Positions 55,654 through 64,000 of a stretch of DNA of 64,000 nt are shown piece by piece. Source of the stretch: Eledone cirrhosa (lineage: Eukaryota); assembly GCA_964016885.1 (NCBI GenBank), contig CAXHJY010000523.1:186001-250000 (forward strand), in the 5' to 3' direction. The position numbers and the translations under genes are program-made. Under the pieces are notes generated by a model. The model was not told the DNA's origin, did not search any database, and was given only the letters and a program-made list of their open reading frames with translations. Each line of letters opens with the position of its first letter. Position 1 is the first letter of the stretch.

Positions 55654-56293
55654 CTAGCAGTGGTACCCAGCATTGCACAGGATAAGGTATTTTGGAATGT
55701 GGGCCGCCAACAGACCTAATTGTCGAAAAGCTGCATGCCTGGATAATATGTAAAGAAAATAAACCAAATACTCTGATGGCTGGATAATCTTTAAGATTTT
55801 CCTCGATGAAGCAGGAAAAATGCAGGTTTTCACCTAATGCGGGCCCTAGGGATCAAGAAAAGGAATTTTTTTTATGTGCATAATATGCCTTGAAATTTCA
55901 GGAAAATCGGCTAAACCTAACGCCTCAAAAAAGCCCTAAAAAGCTGAAAAAATGAAGTTTTTCACCTAATGTGGGCCCTAGGCCATAAAAAAGTTGGATT
56001 TTCTTTGCTAACAGTATGAAGAAGAGACTGACTAATACATAGTTACAATTTCAAGGAAATCAGTCTGACGTAACACCTAAAAAAAACAACTAAAAAGCTG
56101 AAAAAACGCGCAGTTTTTCTCCTAATGAGGGCCCTAGGGGATCAAAAAGTTGAATTTCTTTATGTGCATAACACTCCCTCAAACATAAGTAATACACATG
56201 TAAAGTTTGAAAAAAATCAGTTGGGTACTTCTCGAGTTTTAGGGATTCAAACACAGAGAGAGAGAGAGACAGACATCCTCAGTTTTATATAGA
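55654..56293 (-). mobile_element. Non-autonomous Helitron, copy A
   Basis: Minus strand starts TCTATATAAAACTGAGGATGTCTGTC plus a microsatellite and ends with a GC hairpin then CTAG|T. No TIR or target duplication. Internal CACCTAATGYGGGCCCTAGG-like motif three times. Confidence 0.8.
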
Positions 56294-56877
56294 CATATTT
56301 TTTTTTTTCCTTAAAAAATGTAGAAATCTTTAATGCTGAAAATATATCTAGTTAGATTTTTTGTAGCGGCTGCTGGCCATTTTTTTTTACATTTATAGAA
56401 GTATTTTACCCAATTTTCTACAGTTATTTTCAGTATTTGAAATGTCTATCTACTCAGGAATGGTGGAACGGAATGGAGGGGGGAGGGGGGGACTGTCCCC
56501 AACTCCAAAAAAATCTACCAAAACACACATCTATTTGTTTGTATATGCACTACAATCTATGTACATGTTATGTTTATCACATATCAAAGATTTTTTTTAT
56601 ATCTTGGTTGATAATTGATATCAACTAAACTAATCACTACAACTAAATTGACCAAATTTGCCCCCCCCCCCCATTCAGAAACGCTTCCACCGCCCCTGTA
56701 TATATATATATAAACAAGTGTTAGGTAGGTAGATAGGTAAGATACACATAGAGAGGTGAATATATCTAGATATATAGAGAGACATTGAGATTCATGTTTT
56801 GGTATTGTTGGCAAAACTGTTAACCCTGTTTTTGTATTATGACCAGTAACTGTTCATTTGTTGTTGTTATTACCATA

Positions 56878-57065
56878 GGGCGGTGGATTGGTAGTATCGG
56901 TAGAGGGTTGGATGACATGCTTTGCAGCATGGAGTTACAGCCTTTTACGGTCTGAGTTCAAATCCAGCCAAGGTTAACTTTGCCTTTCATCCTTACAGGG
57001 TCAATAAAATAAAGTACCAGTAATGCACTAGGATAATTGGTGGTTTTGTGCCAAAAGTAGAAACA
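56878..57065 (+). mobile_element. SINE family 1
   Basis: Consensus match; target-site duplication GTTATTACCAT at 56866-56876 and 57066-57076. Confidence 0.93.
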
Positions 57066-57251
57066 GTTATTACCATGGTTGTTTTTGTTGTTGATATTGT
57101 GTTAATGCAGTGGTTCCCAAAGTGGGTTCCACAAAGGAGTGAAAAAAGGTATAGGAGTATATTTATATTATGACTATATAATAGTATTAGACTTTGGGGT
57201 TCCCTCAAAAGTTCTAAACAAAAAGAGTTCTGTGTTTGAAAACGTTTCAAC

Positions 57252-57469
57252 TTAACCCTTTAGTATTCACATTACTCTATATATACTATTATATTTTCAT
57301 GGTAAACGCTTTACCTCGCATAATTATCTCACATAATATCGAATCTATGAGATTTTGAAAGTATTTATTTTGAGAACGATACCTTAATATCAGTATGAGT
57401 GGCCAGTTTCAACAGAAAGTGATAGAGAATTCTGGCCGGTTTTGACCGGTTTGATCATTAAAGGGTTAA
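57252..57469. mobile_element. TTAA MITE family A
   Basis: TTAACCCTTTAG ... TAAAGGGTTAA; interior matches 38157-38385. Confidence 0.82.
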
Positions 57470-59971
57470 TGAAAGTAAGTGAAAGGAGTGGACAGTCCAG
57501 ATTACTTTAAAATGCAATATTTAAAGACCTGTGACTATTTTTATTGATTTCTCAAAAAAAAAAGAAGTGATTTTCGTAATTACCATGCAAAACTACATCA
57601 GTGTTGAAATTTACAATAAAAAGAAGCAATCAAATGCTGCATACCAAAAAGAAAATATCTCAGGAGGTTTTATAAGGCCATTAGTTGCATATTTCTCTGT
57701 AGTTGATCTCTGCTATTGACATCCACTGATGAGGTCACAATAATGCCTGGAAATTAGTTAAACATGTTTCAATCTATGGGTGAAATACATAAATTTAACT
57801 TGTTTACATACCTCAGTGTGTATGTGCATGTGTGTTTGTGTGTGTGTGTGTGTGTTTGTGTGTGCATATTCATAGATAATCCTATACTGCATATGTTCAT
57901 ATCTATATTTATCATGTGTATATTTGTGTGAGCGCATGTACATTCATAGATAATCGTTGTATATGTTCAGATATATATTTATGTGCATATTTGTGTGAGT
58001 GCATGTGTGTGTGTGTATTAAATATAAATATAATACACACTTAATCCATCAGTTGACATATTGCAAAAAAAAACCATTACCCATGATTTTCAAATATTTG
58101 AAGGAATTTAATAATATAATTAATTTTCTCATTATTAAACTGTTGTTTCAAAGCTTCTTATTATGATGGAAGGGTTTTTTTTTTTTTATATAAATATAAA
58201 CAGCTTTATATAAGAGATCTGAGGCAGTTGTATCTATTTGAAATACAAAGGGCCAAGTATTGTATGCAATCAATAGTTTGATTTCCGAAGATGGTTCCAT
58301 CCACTTTAACCCTCATATGTAGACCTTTTTAAGTGCATTTTTTCAAGTTTATAATACATATATTTTTACAACTCTTTATAAAATAAAAATAAAATTAGTT
58401 TTCCCTCTAACATAGCAGATATGTAAATGCATTGTGTGTTTTATATCGAATAATGATAATATTTGAATTAACAAGCCTGTTTTAAAATATATTCTGCTAA
58501 ATCATTAGATGTTAAAAAGTAAATTAAGATTTTAGGTGGGATAGTAGTGTGGGTGATGTGGTGGTGGAATGGGACTCCAGGCACCAGTATGATTTATGCC
58601 TCCTACCCACTTTTACTCTCATAGTCAATGGGTAAGATAATCCTGGCATCAGCTGTGCACTGTAAATTAGGGTGTTTCACTAACTTCTAATATTTTTTAT
58701 TCCTTTCAACAGTGACATAATGTTGTTATGTTGTGTGTCACTTGGAATGATGTATTGGTTGTGGCTCTTGTTAATTTAACCCTTTTGATGCCAAACCACC
58801 TTAAACTGCCCTCCTCACCCCCACCACTGTTCTATGATACTCAACTGTTTATTCAAGAATGTTTATTATTATCTAAAAAAAACTTCCATCATAATTTTAT
58901 GTAAGAATTTTTGTTTAACTATATCTAAACAACTTAATAATAAGAAATTTAGTTATATTATTAAATCCATTAAACTTCTTGATTATTTTCAAGATAATTT
59001 GAAAGCAACAGGCAATGACTTTCATTAGAAGTATAATAACGAACGGGTTAACCTCCAAGCTAGCCCTGATTCAACTGACTGATGAAGAAAAGCATTCCAG
59101 CCATGACCATCCACTTTTATTCAGGCATAGTGTGTATCCCTGTTTTTAGAATAGATACACCATATCCTTGTATGCTGTAAGACATGACTATAATGGTTGA
59201 CATCAGGAAAGGCATCCACAGCCTCAAAAATTCCCATCCAACTCATGTCAAAATTGTTTGTTTTAAAATATCTAAAACCCTTTAAAAACCTATCACAATT
59301 TTATGAAGGATCTTTGTTAAATTATGTTCCAAACACCAACTCAGTAATAAGAGAATTAGTTATATAACTAAACCCCTTGAAATTCTTGATTATTTTCCAA
59401 ATTATTTGAAAACCATCAGCAGTATCTTTTATTAGAAATATGGCAATGAAAGGGTTAACCTATTTGGTACCAGCTTGCCTGAAACCACCCTATTTCTAAG
59501 ATGAAAAACTGTTTGTTTTAAAGTGTTCATATTTAAATTTAAACCTTCCATTATGGTTTTATGTAAGAACCTTTGTTAAGTTATGGTCCAAACACCAAAA
59601 TTAAAATATGAAAATCATAGGTAGCATCATTTATTAGAAATTGATAACAAAATGGTGAACTTGCTGTGGCAAAGAACTTATGTTGTTGTACCAAAGTTGT
59701 AACAAAACCTGAGAACGCTGAAGATGTCTACATGTTTATTTACTGTTGTTATTATTATTATATGCCTGTTTATATTACTGTATATATTATATGACAGAAC
59801 CTGAGATATTCAATTGCACTATATATATATATATATATAGAAAGAGAGAGAGAGAAAGAGAGAGACAGTGAATTGGCAGAGTCATTAAGACATTGGATAG
59901 AATGGGCCCTAGACATGCCATATGATGGGGTCCTACGATTCCACAAGGAGTTATGGGATCTTTATTATATA

Positions 59972-60892
59972 CTAGCAGTGGTACCCAGCATTGCACGGGA
60001 TAAGGTATGCGGGCCACCAACAGACCTAATTGACGAAAAGCTGCATACCTGGATAATATGTAAAGAAAATAAACCGAATACTCTGATGGCTGGATAATCT
60101 TTAAGATTTTCCTCGATGAAGCAGGAAAAATGCAGGTTTTCACCTAATGTGGGCCCTAGGGGATCAAGAAAATGAATTTTTTTTATGTGCATAATATGCC
60201 TTGAAATTTCAGGAAAATCGGCTAGATGTAACGCCTCAAAGAAGCCCTAAAAAGCTGAAAAAATGAAGTTTTTCACCTAATGCGGGCCCTAGGCCATAAA
60301 AAAGTTGGATTTTCTTTGCTCACGGTATGAAGAAGAGACTGACTAATTACATAGTTACAATTTTAAGGAAATCAGTCTGAGGTAACGCCTCAAAAAACCT
60401 CTAAAAACCTAAAAAAAACGCAGTTTTTCACCTAATGCGGGCCCTAGGGGATCAAAAAGTTGAATTTCTTTATGTGTATAACACTCCCTGAAACATAAGT
60501 AATACACATGTAAAGTTTGAAAAAAGTCGGTTGGGTACTTCTCGAGTTTTAGGGATTCAAACTCACAGACACACACACACACATACAGACATCCTCAGGG
60601 AAGTGACGTAATGCAAACAGTCAGACATACAGCCAGATATTATAAGGGCGCAACGTTATATGTATCTATCTAAAAAGAGAAAGACTAAGAATTATAGAGA
60701 GAGATCACTAAATCGCCTAATGCGGTCCCTAGGGCATTGAAAATTTGAAATTTTGTTTGCTCAGAACACTCCCTGAAACATAAGTACTACATGTGTAAAG
60801 TTTGAAAACAGTCGGTTGGGTGCTTCTCGAGTTTTGGGGATTCAAACTCGCACACACACACACAGACAGACATCCTCAGTTTTATATATAGA
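59972..60892 (-). mobile_element. Non-autonomous Helitron, copy B, with a duplicated 5' module
   Basis: Colinear with copy A to ~60598; a second 5' module at ~60715-60892 ends in the minus-strand TC start. Confidence 0.8.
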
Positions 60893-61242
60893 TATATATA
60901 TATATATCAGATAGGATGTGGTAAAAACCAAGTAGACCATAACAAACCAGAGTACTCAATACTTGGGCTAGTAGAGTGGGTAATATGAAAAGATTCAGAA
61001 CCTCAACGGCTGAGCTAGATCCGAACTAGATCATAGTTCAGCCATCGGGATCCTGAATCTTTATATATATATATATATTGTAATTTTTCGGTCGCATGGG
61101 TGATTTTAGACATAATCTTTGTGTGTTGGTATTTTAACGATAGTTATAGCTCTGATTTATCTGAATTATTGAGCCCTCTGCCACTCATGTCGAATTTGTT
61201 TATCGTAAACTCGTGAGCTGATTTTTCGATACTCGATTATTC

Positions 61243-61355
<113 letters not shown>

Positions 61356-61990
61356 ATGGCATGGAAAGAAGGTGAGATAGAGAAAGTGTGATGTAGACAG
61401 AGAAGATAGTGATGAAAAGAAGCAGAGAAAGTGGGTAGGCTGAGAAAAAAAGATAATATTAAACCTTACACCTTTCACAAACAAGGAATAAACAAGACAA
61501 CAAAAAAACAGCAACAGTTAACAGCAACAAGTGATTCAGCTCAAATGAGGTGCTCAGCTCTCTGCTCTGTCAGCTTTCTTAATGTTTATTTAACAAGAAA
61601 GCATCATTATCATCATCATCGCTATCATTGTCACCATCATAATGAGAGTTCTAACTATTTCAAACCATCTGAAACAACAACAACAAGGAAAAGAGAGAAC
61701 TTTGCACAGATGGCATATTAGATTCCATGAGTTATGGCACTTGTTAAATCATCAATATATATATAATATATATATGTGTGTGTAAGTACATATATATATT
61801 ATATATATATATATAATATATATATGTATGTGTAAGTACATATATATATTATATATATATATATAATATATATATGTATGTGTAAGTACATATATATATT
61901 ATATATATATATATATGTATGTGTAAGTACATATATATATTATATATATATATATGTGTGTGTATGTAAGTACATATATATATTATATAT

Positions 61991-62329
61991 GGAGGCATAT
62001 GGCTTAGTGGTTAGAGCATTGACCTTGCAATCGAAAGGTTGTGAGTTCAATTCTCAGACCGGGTGATGTGTTGTTTCCTTGAGCAAGACACTTTATTTCA
62101 CATTGCTCCAGTTTACTCAGCTGTAGAAATGAGGTGATAGGGACTGGGGTCCATATCATTCCACTGCAAAAGTGATCGTGGAGGTGCCACGGCAAAAAAA
62201 GCACCCAGCACTCACTGTAAAATGAGGTTGGTGTTAGGAAGGGCATCCAGCTGTAGAAACCAAGCCAGAATCAGTTCCCATCCCACCCTTGCAAGCAGGG
62301 AAAAGCGGACGTATGATGATGATGATGAT
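61991..62329 (+). mobile_element. Full-length tRNA-derived SINE family 2 with RTE-type tail
   Basis: A-box TGGCTTAGTGG, B-box GTTCAATTC, central TTCCTTGAGCAAGACACTTTA, (GAT)n tail. It interrupts a TGTAAGTACATATATATATTATA tandem array (61755-62460). Confidence 0.92.
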
Positions 62330-62351
62330 ATGTGTAAGTACATATATATAT

Positions 62352-62383
<32 letters not shown>

Positions 62384-62407
62384 ATATATATATGTATGTG
62401 TAAGTAC

Positions 62408-62443
<36 letters not shown>

Positions 62444-62459
62444 ACTTACACATACATAT

Positions 62460-63276
62460 ATACACTCCATACTCATAGAAACACACATATATGTATTTAC
62501 ATACATACACATTATATACAGGCACACATATATATATTGTATACATATACAGACACATATATACATTATATCCACATACATATATACACTGCATACACAT
62601 AGAGAGACATATTATATACACATACTGACACACGTATACATGTATCTACACATATTTACACACACATACATTATATAAACTTATACACACACATACATTA
62701 TATATATATACATACACATACATTATATACATACACAATACACATAAATATACTGTATACACATAATATACACATACCGACACATATACATGTGTTTATA
62801 CATATTTACACACATATACATTATAAACACATACAGACACACACATATATATATATAGACACATACAGACACACATATACATTGCACACACACACATATA
62901 TATATATATAGACACATATACACATACACAGACACTTATAACATATGTTTACACATGCATACAGACATACATATATATTGCTTACACATACAAAAACAGA
63001 TATACAATATACACACATATATATATATATATGCTTACTTATACACAGACATACATCACTTACACATACACACAAACACACATTTACATTGTATACTAGC
63101 ACCTCCAACACCACCACTTACACACTGACCCACATACATATGTTTACACAATATGCTGGCACATACATTCAGAAGCACACTCATACATTTGCACACACAT
63201 GCAAATACACACACACACACACACACATGCAAACATACATTCAGAAGCACACTCATACATTTGCACACACATGCAA

Positions 63277-63326
<50 letters not shown>

Positions 63327-63468
63327 ACACACACATGCAAACATACATTCAGAAGCACACTCATACATTTGCACACACATGCAAATACACACACACATAC
63401 AAACATACATTCAGATGCACACATACACACTCAGAAGCACACACATTCAAACACTGACACATATGAAT

Positions 63469-63537
<69 letters not shown>

Positions 63538-63620
63538 TACATTCAGAAGCACACACACACATTCAGAAGCACACACATTCAAACGCTGACACATGCAACT
63601 TACACACACATACATACAGA
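62460..63620. repeat. CA/TA low-complexity tract with tandem CATACATTCAGAAGCACACTCATACATTTGCACACACATGCAAATA+(CA)n units
   Basis: Read directly. Confidence 0.9.
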
Positions 63621-63821
63621 GTTACTTATACAGTGAAGCTGTGTAAAGGTGTATATGTGGAAAGTGGTGGGGTGTATATAAGAGAAGAAGAAAGAGTTAG
63701 GAGTTAAGTGGAGTGTTACCAGTCACTGTAAAGGTACTGTATACCCAGGCTTGTATTTCTGAATAAACAGATTTCACAATATAATATAAACAATAGAAGA
63801 ACTGAAGGGAAACAGTAACAG

Positions 63822-64000
63822 GGGTGGTGGTGGTAGAGGTTGTGGTGGTGGTGGTGGTGGTAGAGGTTGTGATGGTGGTGGTGGTGGTGGTGGTAGAGGT
63901 TGTGGTGGTGGTGGTGGTGGTAGAGGTTGTGATGGTGGTGGTGGTGGTGGTGGTAGAGGTTGTGATGGTGGTGGTGGTGGTACAGGTTGTGATGGTGGTG
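63822..64000. repeat. (GGT)n / GGTAGAGGTTGTGRT compound minisatellite, running off the right edge
   Basis: Read directly. Confidence 0.95.

Noticed and set aside
61991-62062. tRNA gene
   Set aside because: It is a SINE head; the A/B boxes run into a SINE body and tail without a proper acceptor stem.
63822-64000. Telomere-like G-rich end
   Set aside because: The unit is GGT-based, not TTAGGG.

Overview
Gene-poor, AT-rich, repeat-dense eukaryotic DNA. The SINE, LINE and microsatellite make-up looks like a coleoid cephalopod (Octopus-like); this is inferred from pattern recognition, not from a database search. Bases 1-21,055 are one satellite array: a 37-bp core plus a variable (CA)n tract, with a recent ~3.3-kb higher-order repeat. 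Bases 32.4-36.5 kb are a 21-bp two-variant minisatellite. The rest is a patchwork of two tRNA-derived SINE families, decayed LINE fragments (RTE, Tx1/L1-like, CRE-like), TA- and TTAA-type MITEs, non-autonomous Helitrons and microsatellites. No host protein-coding gene can be supported; the long ORFs are repeat artefacts. The most interesting signals are: (i) one intact-looking and several decayed type I hammerhead ribozyme motifs with palindromic helix III (Penelope/retrozyme type), some inside long hairpins next to (TA)n tracts; (ii) a near-perfect 394-bp-arm palindrome centred in a SINE; (iii) a SINE whose 3' end matches an RTE LINE 3' end in the same window; (iv) Helitrons with two 3' termini and a shared 3' flank.
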